Of a DNA stretch of 64,000 nt, positions 44,921 through 55,017 are shown one piece after another. The notes under the pieces are model-generated. The model saw nothing but the letters and a program-made list of their open reading frames with translations. It had not been told where the DNA came from and ran no database searches. Positions within the stretch are counted from its first letter, which is position 1; every line of letters begins with the position of its first letter. Both the position numbers and the translations under genes were made by a program. Source of the stretch: a virus (Duplodnaviria > Caudoviricetes). The stretch spans positions 64,001 to 128,000 of the IMG/VR virus record IMGVR_UViG_3300029288_000001. One strand, written 5' to 3'.

Positions 44921-46888
44921 TTACGCTACTACCGAGTTATGTTTAAGTAGGTTTATGATCGTATCTTTTTCTAGCTTTTCCAACGATAAGTCTATGTCGC
45001 ACCCTTCGCTAGTATCCACGAGAATGGCACCTGCGTTCTGTAATACTTCTGCTAAAGTTATTTGGTTCTCGCACGAGTGGATAAGAGATTTCGTCGCGTT
45101 TTTAACATATTCCGTGTTTTTCAAGGCTCTCGCGTTTCCCATTTCAAACGAGGTTATATAAAATCTACAGCGATCCTCTTCTTGAACTATTAATCCAAGA
45201 ATCTTTTGTTTTACATTTATGCTACACCCGATCTCCGCGATCATATTGTTGGGATTTACTACGAAGTTTCTGCTTTCTTCTAGAACCTTCTGTTTCGACA
45301 CGAACAGTTTAAACGGAACTTCTATTTTGTTATAATCGCTAAAATTGAAGTAGTTTAATCCGAGCGCGAAGCTACACGGAGAACCAGACTTGATAAAAAA
45401 CGCTTCTGAAGCCCCGTTCTTTCCAGAAGCGTCGGTCATGTCACCAGAGAATAATACTTTCCTATCGGAACTTCTATAGAAGGCGTTCCATCCTATTTTA
45501 ACGCCGTCAAGGGACTGTAACGATAAATCGAGGTCAATTCTGTTTCTGCTTACATTGTTCCAATTAACTCCTACTGTTATACCTGTGGGAGCTTCTACAT
45601 ACGACATCGAAGGTAGGTTTCCGACCATCTGTTTCTCGGTAGCGGGAACCGTATATACGATATTATTTGGAATATAGATCTTCTTACCGTTCACATTCGT
45701 TTTAATGTCCGAAGCTATGGAATCTAACACCATTTTGAGAGCGCTGTCGTATGCCGCAGAAACGAAAAAAGCGAAGTTCTTCGCGTAATCGGTCGCGTAA
45801 GCTTTACCGTTTCTTATCTTGTAGAGCATAGAAGTTGGTTTCATTAGTCTATATCGTAACGCTTGAGCTAATCTAACTTTTCTAAACACATTCGCCGTGG
45901 GTAGAGCGCGTTCTAGGACTGCCTGCCATGGTTTACCGTTTTTTACGAGGCTTGTTATAGTATCTAATGGAGATATGGGAGCGTTAACATTGTGGAGTTT
46001 CGCGAGTTTTCTAAGTCTATTTATGAGATGCCTGATTCTAGGGTCGGGATTTGTCTTAAACGCTAAGAAAAGCGGTTTAAATCGGTAGAAAATAGACGAG
46101 AGCACTATGAGTCTTTGTTTTCTAAGAGTATATTCTTGTTGTATATACTTACACATTAAAGGATAAAGGTCTACGGGAGAAATCTTTAACGCTTCTATCG
46201 TTTCCTTGTCTTTGATCAAGAGCGTTTTTCCAATTCGTTTATACACGCACATTCTAAGAAACTCTACGGGATCGGAAGGAACTAATCCAAGCTGATCGCT
46301 TACGATGATTTTAACTTCTCTGTTCTTTATGGATTCCACATTTTCTTTGGTTAACACGCCAAAAGTATTAGAAACCGTAATCACATCGTCAATGGTCTGT
46401 TTACTGAGCGCGATTCCCGAGGCTAATAACTCGAGCATCTTCTTCGCGATCTCGTCTTTCGTGTATCCCTTTATTAAGGTTAAACTGATCTCCTTTACAT
46501 CTACCTTTGGTATGTCTAACGCTTCTACGGGAATGTAAACATTGTTCTGATCGTATATTCCGAGCGACTCGTAACCGTAAGTGGTGATATAATGAAATAT
46601 TTGTTCTACCACCAATTGAAACAAGCTCGCCGTTGCCACCTTATTCCACGACTTGTGGAAGGTCGCGTTCATCTGTTCTTTAGTTAATCCTAGGGTGCTA
46701 GACACATCTTTTATTATAGAGCGCAGTTCTCCGATTGTATAATTACCATACACATCAGGAGAGAATACGAAACCGCGTTCTATGGTTTCTTCTAAAATCT
46801 CCTCGTTGATACTTGCCTTCTTTCCATCGATGTGTTTATCGATCGGAACTGCTTTAAACAATCTAATTAACGATTCCATATTCATCAC
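44921..46888 (-). CDS. large helical protein with C-terminal TerD-like domain
   Basis: NATFHKSW...QIFHYITTYG N-terminal motif; C-terminal RIDLDLSL...GWN...LFSGDMTDA...GASEAF resembles TerD folds. Confidence 0.55.
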   Translation of the reverse strand: MMNMESLIRLFKAVPIDKHIDGKKASINEEILEETIERGFVFSPDVYGNYTIGELRSIIKDVSSTLGLTKEQMNATFHKSWNKVATASLFQLVVEQIFHYITTYGYESLGIYDQNNVYIPVEALDIPKVDVKEISLTLIKGYTKDEIAKKMLELLASGIALSKQTIDDVITVSNTFGVLTKENVESIKNREVKIIVSDQLGLVPSDPVEFLRMCVYKRIGKTLLIKDKETIEALKISPVDLYPLMCKYIQQEYTLRKQRLIVLSSIFYRFKPLFLAFKTNPDPRIRHLINRLRKLAKLHNVNAPISPLDTITSLVKNGKPWQAVLERALPTANVFRKVRLAQALRYRLMKPTSMLYKIRNGKAYATDYAKNFAFFVSAAYDSALKMVLDSIASDIKTNVNGKKIYIPNNIVYTVPATEKQMVGNLPSMSYVEAPTGITVGVNWNNVSRNRIDLDLSLQSLDGVKIGWNAFYRSSDRKVLFSGDMTDASGKNGASEAFFIKSGSPCSFALGLNYFNFSDYNKIEVPFKLFVSKQKVLEESRNFVVNPNNMIAEIGCSINVKQKILGLIVQEEDRCRFYITSFEMGNARALKNTEYVKNATKSLIHSCENQITLAEVLQNAGAILVDTSEGCDIDLSLEKLEKDTIINLLKHNSVVA

Positions 46889-46900
46889 ATTAAATTAAGA

Positions 46901-47010
46901 GGGCGGGAAGTAGGTTTTTGATTTGTCAGTCAAGTGTTAGGAACTTCCTATGCCCATTTGTGGCGGAGAGTAGATTCTCGTCTTGGGATTGGTAGGAACT
47001 CTCTTTGCCA
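46901..47010 (-). ncRNA. two covarying stem-loop units with variable loops
   Basis: TGGCAAAGAGAGTTCCTA-N19-CTACTCTCCGCCA and GGGCATAGGAAGTTCCTA-N24-CTACTTCCCGCCC. Confidence 0.6.
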
Positions 47011-47014
47011 CTAT

Positions 47015-47060
47015 ACTTATTCGAGGATTCGAACCCCTACATCCCAATGAAAAAATAAGT
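47015..47060 (-). ncRNA. truncated tRNA-like element (acceptor stem + T-arm, no D or anticodon arms)
   Basis: ACTTATT-N15-AGGGG-TTCGAAT-CCTCG-AATAAGT. Confidence 0.55.
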
Positions 47061-47088
47061 GGTTTACACATTATAATTTACTCCTTTT

Positions 47089-47262
47089 TTATTTAAATAA
47101 CTTTTTCTTCAAAAACAAAATTTTTATGCCTTCTACAGGGCAACTCTCTTTGGAACATTTGGCTTTTGGATTGCCTCTATGATTGCATGTTCCGCTGAAC
47201 AAATTATGGTACGGACAATCCGCTATTTCTAACCCAAAGTATTCCGTTTTTTCCTTAACCAT
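47089..47262 (-). CDS. 57-aa Cys/His-rich protein, copy 1 (below ORF-track cutoff)
   Basis: MVKEKTEYFGLEIADCPYHNLFSGTCNHRGNPKAKCSKESCPVEG...; near-identical paralog at 54329-54502. Confidence 0.7.
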   Translation of the reverse strand: MVKEKTEYFGLEIADCPYHNLFSGTCNHRGNPKAKCSKESCPVEGIKILFLKKKLFK

Positions 47263-47682
47263 GATCTATTCCTTCTTTTCTCTCTTTTAATATGCTTTTC
47301 TTATTGTTTTTATCTTTAATAATATTTTAATTCATTCGTGCTATATAAATATTTTTTATTTTTACATTAATAGACTATTTGTCGTTATCTCTTGTCATTT
47401 TGGCTACGATCTCATCAAACCGCACTCCAGAGAGATACCCTTCTATATAATCGTCGGTAAAATTCGAGAATTCCGTCCATAGCATATCTCCTATACGCTC
47501 TAACAAATCCTCGTATTCTTCGATCGATAACGCTCTTATCTTCTTCTTTAAATCTTCGCTTTTTTCATCGATCATTTCAATTAATTCGTCTTTTTCAATC
47601 GTTATTTTTATACTCGTATTAAATTACCTCAAAATGATTATATTATCGTAAAAAATTTAAAAAAAATAGTTTTATTATATAT

Positions 47683-48000
47683 TTACTCCTCTTCTTTTTT
47701 ATTTATTATCTTAACGCAGTTCAATAACATATCCGTGAACTTCTTTCCGATCTTACTGATCTCAAGATATAGGTATTGGTTGTTAAGCTCGTTCTCGGAA
47801 TAGGAAGTGTAGACCATTCCATAATGCAATAATTCCGTAAGGTAGATCTCTAACTCAGTTTGTCTATATTTAAACTGATTCATTATCTCGTAAAACGATT
47901 TCTTTCCTTCCTTCAATAGATATAATAGAATGTGTTGGTTCTCTTCGGAATCTAACGATTTTAACATTAATCTTACTATCAACGGGAATTCGTAGCTCAT
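47683..48000 (-). CDS. winged-HTH (ArsR-like) protein
   Basis: ILLYLLKEGKKSFYEI...LTELLHYGMV...LEISKIGKKF. Confidence 0.65.
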   Translation of the reverse strand: MSYEFPLIVRLMLKSLDSEENQHILLYLLKEGKKSFYEIMNQFKYRQTELEIYLTELLHYGMVYTSYSENELNNQYLYLEISKIGKKFTDMLLNCVKIINKKEEE

Positions 48001-50504
48001 TTCCGATCGTCCTCTTTCTTCTTTTCCTTTTCCTCGTCAGGCGCGCGTATTATTATCGTCCTTTTCTTGGATGGAATTAAGTCCATGATCTCCTGTAGAG
48101 TTGGTTTTGGTTTCTTTCCTAAATATTCTTTGATCAATGCATTCCAGTGCGCGAACTCGTGCGTCCATACGGGTCTTCCGAGCACCTTTTCCACGGCTTC
48201 GTGGAAGTCTCCAAAGTCCATACATAACCTCTTTTGAAACAGTTGGAATTTCACGATCTCCTCGGCAGTTTTTGATTTCCACCATTCCGTTTTCGCGAGT
48301 GCGATCGCTTCTTCTTCCGTCAATTGTTTTAGATCGTTCATAATTTATCCTCCTTCTTGGGTTCAATATCTTTAATTCTAAAATGTATAAATTTATTTCT
48401 TTTAGCAATTTCTATCCATTCTCGCGCCTCGGGATGATTCATGGTTCGAGCGTGCATGATTCTTTCTTCGCCATCTACTTCGCAGTATATTTCCATGTAT
48501 TTAGTGGGATCTCCATAAGGAATATCTTCATATTTTTCCTGTTTTAATTCGAAAAACTTCTCGAACTCTTTTATATCGGTGTCGTTATCGTTCAAAGGAT
48601 TCTCGTCCTCCCACTCGCCTATTTCCTCCTCTTGAGCTTGAATGCGGAAGAAATGAAGATATTTAGAACATTGATCAAGTAGTGTTTTGGTCTCTTCTGC
48701 GCCTGCATCGTCGAAATCTACGAGATACGCGGTAATTTTGATTAATTTAACCATAATTTATCCTCCTTTCTCTCTCTTTGGACATCGTTCTCCTACGATA
48801 TCCTTGTAATTTATGTTCTCCTTACACGATAGATCGTAATCCATGTTCATAATATAGTTCTTACACCCTTCGCAGTCGGGGTGCCAGTCTATACCATCAT
48901 CCTCGTAGTAAGGGTATTGGGCTAATCTTAATAACTCTTGGTTCTTTTGTAATTCTGGATATTTTACGAGAAGACCGTGTAAACAATTTCTACACGAATT
49001 AAAGCCTTCTAAGAATTGTTCGGTTCTCACGGTTTATTCTCCTCCTTGATCTCGTATTTTTTAAGTTGTTCTCGCACCATACCGATGTCTTGTCTAATGG
49101 ACTCATCCCAATCGTAGAAGTCTCCTACGGTTTCTAAGCGTAGTTCTTTACACGATAGGCTACCGTTATATATGTTCATAGCGTTATAAAGAGACTTAAC
49201 TGCTTCCTCGATGGCTATCAGCGATTGTCTTGCCTCGGTAGCTAACTGCCCGTGGAGTTGATCCAACGCTTCTTTAAGTTTAGGATCGGTCATTTCTATT
49301 CGTCCTCCTTTTCTTTTAACTTCGCTTCTAACTTCTCGAATAGATCGTAGAGTTCTAATATATCGTGTCCATCAATTTGGTGAATAGCGTTCACGGCGAT
49401 CTGGGGTATACCGTTATAGGTAATGCTCATTAAACAAATACTATCTAATTTCTTCTTGAACTTTACTAATTCGTCCGCGTATAAAACTTCCTTCTTTTCT
49501 TCCTTGGAATGGTTTTCTAATTGTTCTATCAGCCTCTTTATGGTTTTAATATCTTTGGGTTTATCGTAGATCTCTTGGAGAGTGCGGTAGAAGAACTCGT
49601 CGCATTCCTTTCGCGTGGACCGATTCCACACGTCGTCTAAGCTTACATCTTCTTCGAATTCGAATTTGGGCATTTTACATTCCCTCCTTGTCTAAGCCAT
49701 ATTTCTTCACGGTAGCTACGAATAGGTTTAACCCTTCTTGACTGTCGATGTGATAACTATGAATATATAACTCGCCTTTAAGTTTTCCGCTTTTTATTGC
49801 TTCGCGTATATCTATCATGTTAATAAAAGGAAGGTTGTTCTCTTTTATATATTTTCTAATAAGCTCCTTGTCGGGGGTTGCCCATTCTTCTGGAGGAGGA
49901 CATCCACAATGCCCTACTACTCTTACATCGCATTGTCCTATGGGATCGGCGTAGAGTTCCTTCGCGATCGCTAGCGGTATACGACAATCAACCATCCAAT
50001 AATACCACGCGCGTTCGAAGTTCATCTTACCTAGACATCCTTTTGTATTATATGGCACTTCTCCGCTCCCTCTCTCGTAGACGATCGGTATTCCTGCCTC
50101 GGTAAGTTCCTTCTCTATGTATTGATCACAATACTTTCTCCCTGCCATGTTGGGAAAGTTCGTTTTCTTCATTAAATTACTTGGAAACATGTTTTACCTC
50201 CTTTATTGTATTATTCTCTACTTTTATTGGAACTTCTCTTCGATGTTCGTAGCACCACATTAATGCATTGATAGATCCTCGTAGGAATCGTAGCAACTCC
50301 GCCAGACTCTCCGATTGTTTTGGATCGATAAAGAACCCATCGTTGTCGCTCGTCTGTTTAAGCGCAGTAAGTATAGCCTCTCCTACAGATTTTGAAGTTT
50401 TCACGAATGTTTCCACAAAATTAATCATCTGATCTTTAGTAATGTTGGTGACGATCTCGTTATAATCCATATTATACTTTTCCTCTTTTTGTTTTTTTAT
50501 ATAC

Positions 50505-50537
50505 GCCTCCCGCTGGTTAACACCAACAATAGGGGGC
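50505..50537 (-). ncRNA. tRNA top-half-like mini-helix 2
   Basis: GCCCCCT-ATT-GTTGG-TGTTAA-CCAGC-GGGAGGC. Confidence 0.6.
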
Positions 50538-50782
50538 ACGGTTTATTATTAAAAAATTAAAAAAAATTATTTAGTTAGTTTTTCTTTTAAATCGTTAGCT
50601 CAATGTCTTTTCCAAGATCGGCGTTGGTTAGATCCTTAAACGGAGAGTCTTTAAACTCGGATTTGTTGAAAATTTTATACCCTGCGATTTCAAAACTAAC
50701 GCGCCTCGTTCTCTTTCCGTCGCTATATATATCGTCGCGTATGCTGGTAAGTTTTCCTTTCATTATCTACACCTTTTTCCTT

Positions 50783-51103
50783 TTAAGCTTTCGTGTTTCT
50801 TATACCGTCTATAAGGCGAGAAACATCGTAGGATTGGAGTTTTTGTTCTAAGATCGTTATGCTTTTCTTCATAACATTTAATTGGGTTAGAAATAAAGAA
50901 ACATCGATCGCACCCGCGTTATCGTTAATATTTCCTATGTGCGAAAAGATCGCTTCTCGTAGGAATTCCGACATCTTCGCGTTACCTTTTATTGTCTCGA
51001 TCATCTTCTTCTCCTCTGCGGTTAATCTTACTCCAACCTGTACTTCTTTATTCGTTCTCACCTTATCGCCTCCGTTAGTAATCCAGACGTCGCATGATAC
51101 CAA
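50783..51103 (-). CDS. ribbon-helix-helix-like DNA-binding protein
   Basis: VGVRLTAEEKKMIE...MSEFLREAI. Confidence 0.65.
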   Translation of the reverse strand: MVSCDVWITNGGDKVRTNKEVQVGVRLTAEEKKMIETIKGNAKMSEFLREAIFSHIGNINDNAGAIDVSLFLTQLNVMKKSITILEQKLQSYDVSRLIDGIRNTKA

Positions 51104-51105
51104 TA

Positions 51106-51708
51106 TTAATCTATCGTTCGTGATATTTTATTTTCCAGATCATATTTTCGATGGCAAGAACGATGTGCCCATTGGAAGTCATTAATATCGTCTTTATACT
51201 CGCCCGATATATTTGATAGTTCTAATTCAGTCTTTCCATAAAAATCTTTAATATCGTTACATATTTCGCATCTCTGTGGCTTGGGCTTATTTATCGTCAT
51301 TCTATAATGCAGTCCTCCATATTTCACATTAGGCTTCCAATTTGGGTTTGACTCTCCTTTTCGTTTGCCTTTGCCTGATTTACTAAGGTTCTTTTTATGT
51401 TCCTCTGAAAATACTATCCCTTTTCTTCCTTCGCTTATGTTTTTCCTAGCTTGTTCAGATCGCTTCTTTCCAGTGTTTGATCGTCTCATTTTTTCAATTG
51501 TTTCGATTGGTATTTTCTTTCCTAGATTAATTTGCCTTAATTTCTCTTTTGTTTCTTCCGTGTGTTTCTTTCCAGTTGCATTGTTCCTTGCTTTTGTTCG
51601 ATGGTTCTCTTGAAATTCTTTATACTCTGGTAAATCGTGCCATCTACGATGGGCACACATTGCTCTTCTGGAATCAAATTCCTTATTACAAATATCACAG
51701 ACTACCAT
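51106..51708 (-). CDS. free-standing homing-endonuclease-like protein (C2H2 finger, NUMOD3 repeats, HNH-like C-terminus)
   Basis: CDICNKEF..HRRWH; GKKHTEETKEKLR-type repeats; CEIC...HRSCHRKYD. Confidence 0.7.
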   Translation of the reverse strand: MVVCDICNKEFDSRRAMCAHRRWHDLPEYKEFQENHRTKARNNATGKKHTEETKEKLRQINLGKKIPIETIEKMRRSNTGKKRSEQARKNISEGRKGIVFSEEHKKNLSKSGKGKRKGESNPNWKPNVKYGGLHYRMTINKPKPQRCEICNDIKDFYGKTELELSNISGEYKDDINDFQWAHRSCHRKYDLENKISRTID

Positions 51709-51709
51709 A

Positions 51710-52006
51710 TTAATACTCTAGTTTTCGGATTATACGATAAGTTTTAAACTCTCTTACTGGCTCGTCGTTCTCGTCTAAATGCTCGATGGGAATCTTGATC
51801 ATATTCTTGTCTTCTTCCTCTTCCTTCTGTCCTTGATCGGTGGATGGCTTCTTCATGTGTTTGATCATTTTAAGTTCCTTGATCAAATACTCCCTCGTTG
51901 CGGCGCGGATTAACTCGCTTCGCGAAGGATATAAACCGTTCTCGCCGATCAATTTCTCGATTGCTTCGATATAGCTTTCTGGCACATTCACAGTCACGAT
52001 CTTCAT
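51710..52006 (-). CDS. CopG/RHH transcription regulator
   Basis: MKIVTVNVPESYIEAIEKL...YPSRSELIRAA. Confidence 0.85.
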   Translation of the reverse strand: MKIVTVNVPESYIEAIEKLIGENGLYPSRSELIRAATREYLIKELKMIKHMKKPSTDQGQKEEEEDKNMIKIPIEHLDENDEPVREFKTYRIIRKLEY

Positions 52007-52007
52007 T

Positions 52008-52379
52008 CTACAATCCTCCTTTTGGAATTGGTGGTTTAATCTGGGACTTCGTGGTCACGGGTTTCTGCTTCGTAGTCGTAGTACTTTTCTCTTTGGGCAC
52101 GAAATTGATTCCTCCTTCCTTTACAGCGTTCTTATCGTCTCTCTTAATATCCACGATCTTTTTTGGTATCCAAGGGTCTTTCATCGCGTTCGCGTTCGAT
52201 CTTACGTAGAGCTTGAACTTTTCTTCGTCCAAGTCTTGATACATCTTCAATTCGTTGGATAGAAAATCCCTTAACGCTAACCGTATTGCCTCGGATCTCG
52301 ACGGAATAATATCGTAATCTCCCAGAATCTTGATCGCATCGAGGTATTTTTCAGGTAAATTAATAGTTATTATTTTCAT
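52008..52379 (-). CDS. CopG/RHH transcription regulator
   Basis: MKIITINLPEKYLDAIKIL...PSRSEAIRLALRDFL. Confidence 0.85.
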   Translation of the reverse strand: MKIITINLPEKYLDAIKILGDYDIIPSRSEAIRLALRDFLSNELKMYQDLDEEKFKLYVRSNANAMKDPWIPKKIVDIKRDDKNAVKEGGINFVPKEKSTTTTKQKPVTTKSQIKPPIPKGGL

Positions 52380-54241
52380 TAGTGTTTTTCCCTCCTTATT
52401 TCTTCCTTAATTTCCCGTTCTTCTTTCTTCTTCGCGAGGTATTCCACGAAACAGTTCACGCTACAGAAATCGCTATCTCCGTCTAGAAGTACATCAATAG
52501 GATAAGAACGATCGCTCTTTCTTCGTCCCATTGTGAGAATAATTTTACCTTCGGCGTGAAGCCAGCCTATCTCGGAGTAGTAGTCTTCCGTTTCTTTTCC
52601 ACAATTCTCGCATTTATACCGTTCTATTTTCATGGTTTCTGTCTCTCCTGTGCCTCTTTTATGGTTTTTTCTCGTTCTATGGTTAAGTTTTCGATGATGT
52701 GGACATCGAAGTTCATCTGACCAGATTCGTCTCTCAACATAAGATACGCTTTCTCTATAGCTTCGTCTTCGTTGTCGGCTTCAACTTCCTCTTCCGCTAC
52801 AAATCGTATTAAATAATCGGTCATTATTTCTCTCCCTCTTGGGTTATTTTTTCGAATTGGCATAAAAACGCTTTTCTCAACCGCTTTAAGTTCTTAACCT
52901 TCTTAGTCAACCTTCGTTCTAGCGAGTCTTTCACCAAATAAAGAGCATCAATACCTCGTTTCGCTTCGTTCTCGATCCATTCTACGCTTTCTTTTAAAGT
53001 AAAGTATTCTTGTCCCGAATGGAGCGTATCCGCCCATAAAATATCATAGAGGTTAGATATATCGAATTTTTCTCTTATATTCTCTACTGTACCAATGAAG
53101 TCCTTTATCTTGGCTGGATATTCTAAACACGCCCATTTTCCGATCTCGTTCAGTCCTTTCGCGTCAGGTTCTCCAATAACGAAATACCTCACGATCGAAA
53201 TCTCGTAGGGTATGTTACGATAGGTTCGCGACTCTCGGTACACTTCTATGTTTCCATCCCGTCCATTGTAATTCTCTTTCCCCCGTTTTACTCGCGCCTC
53301 TTCTATTTTCGCTAAGAACTCTCCTTCGCTCATTTCTCCTTTAACTTTATTGTCGTCTACGAATTCCATTACTTCAACGCCTCTTGTTCTTCTTGGTGTG
53401 CTTTAAGAGCCATTTTATTTGAAATGGTCACTTTAAAATCGATTAGATCGGGCTGGTGGGTTAGGATCGCTCTCGCCTTCTTATGGGCTTCTACATCGTC
53501 CTCCGCGTCTACTTCTTCGTAGGCTAAGTATTCTACTACAAATCTGGGCATTATTTCAACCTCTCTTTGTTCTCTGAGCATTCTCCACACGTATCCTCGT
53601 CTGGTATTACTCCGTGCGTTTTACAAAAAACCTCGCCACAACGAGGGCATTCTATAAGATGGTAATCCTTGCAATTGGGTTGATATTCGTTCGCCATATT
53701 ACTTCAGCACCTTCAAATCTTTCTTTAGCTCGTAAAGAACGGTTTTTTGAAAACTATCGATCACGCCCAATTTCGTTTGTAGATCGATTTTAGAATCAAA
53801 AACCACGCTTAAGGTCGCTTTCCACATTTTTTTATAGTCTTTTTTCTTCATTAGTCGTTCCACGCTCGCTCTATTCTTTCTTCTTCTGGCGTCCTTCTCG
53901 TTATGGCGTCGGTTAGATCGCTCTCGGCTCTTTTATACACTTCTTTAAGTGCGCTAACTTCGTTCTGGTCTTCTGAAAAGTTTTTACTATCTTCGTAGTC
54001 AATCCTACTATCGATATAGTTCTTTATTACCTTAGCCAAGTTCCGTAGCTCTTCCACGAGATCGTTCTTGTTTATGGTGTCGTCTTCTTCGTTCATTTTT
54101 AATCGTCTCTCTTTTGTTTTTCTTTGTTAATTTTTCAATAAATAATAAGTTAATAATAATAAAAACTTAATAATATAAAAAGCTTTTCTTACAGCTCTAT
54201 ACAGAGACATTCTATTAACCGTCTCGCGGTATCCGCAGGTA

Positions 54242-54317
54242 TGGTCAAGGAGGAGAGGGTCGAACTCTCACCTAGGGCTCCACAAACCCCAATGCTTGCC
54301 AACTACACTACTCCTTG
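54242..54317 (-). tRNA. tRNA with GTG (His) anticodon, CCA encoded
   Basis: CAAGGAG/CTCCTTG acceptor, D-arm GTGT-AGTTGGCAA-GCAT, anticodon arm GGGGT-TTGTGGA-GCCCT, T-arm GAGAG-TTCGACC-CTCTC, A-CCA end; 76 nt. Confidence 0.9.
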
Positions 54318-54328
54318 GATTCTAATTA

Positions 54329-54502
54329 TTATTTAAATAATTTTCTTTTCAAAAACAAATTTTTTATACCTTCTACTGGGCAATTCTCTTTGGAACATCC
54401 GTTTGGATTGCCTTTATGATTGCATGTTCCACTGAACAAATTATGGTATGGACAATCCGCTATCTCTAACCCAAAATATTCCGTTTTTTCTTTTTTCGCC
54501 AT
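54329..54502 (-). CDS. 57-aa Cys/His-rich protein, copy 2
   Basis: MAKKEKTEYFGLEIADCPYHNLFSGTCNHKGNPNGCSKENCPVEG... Confidence 0.7.
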   Translation of the reverse strand: MAKKEKTEYFGLEIADCPYHNLFSGTCNHKGNPNGCSKENCPVEGIKNLFLKRKLFK

Positions 54503-54984
54503 TTTATTTATTCTCCTTTAGTTCTAATCGTAGTCCAATTCGGAAATCCCTAGTTTCTTCAGCTCTTCGTAGACCTCTTCGTACCATTCTCGTCTTTCCC
54601 GTAGCTCTTCAATTTCTTTTTTGTTTGTTTCTATGAATTTGTCCATAGTTATAATATTAGACTGGGCTTGTTTTAAATTACCCATCCAGATAATATTCAG
54701 CGCGTTACCTAGTCCGCCATTTTCAAACTGTTTTTTAAGTTGGTCTGGCGCGTTCGAATATAGCTTCACATTATCTACCGTGCCTCGTCTTATCCTATTA
54801 TAATCGGTATTATCTTTTAGATCCTTCTCTATTTGTTCCGTAGCGGATTCTATGCCGTTTTTATAATACCACATTAACTCTCGCACATATCGTTCGTGTT
54901 CGATCGTAACAATACGCTTTACGAACTCTTCCGCTGATTCTTCTATTTCTTCCATTTTAACTTACCTCCTTTATTCTTTAAGGT

Positions 54985-55017
54985 GCTTCCTGCGGGACTT
55001 AAACCCACATAGAAAGC
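54985..55017 (-). ncRNA. tRNA top-half-like mini-helix 3
   Basis: GCTTTCT-AT-GTGGG-TTTAAGT-CCCGC-AGGAAGC followed by ACCT. Confidence 0.65.
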
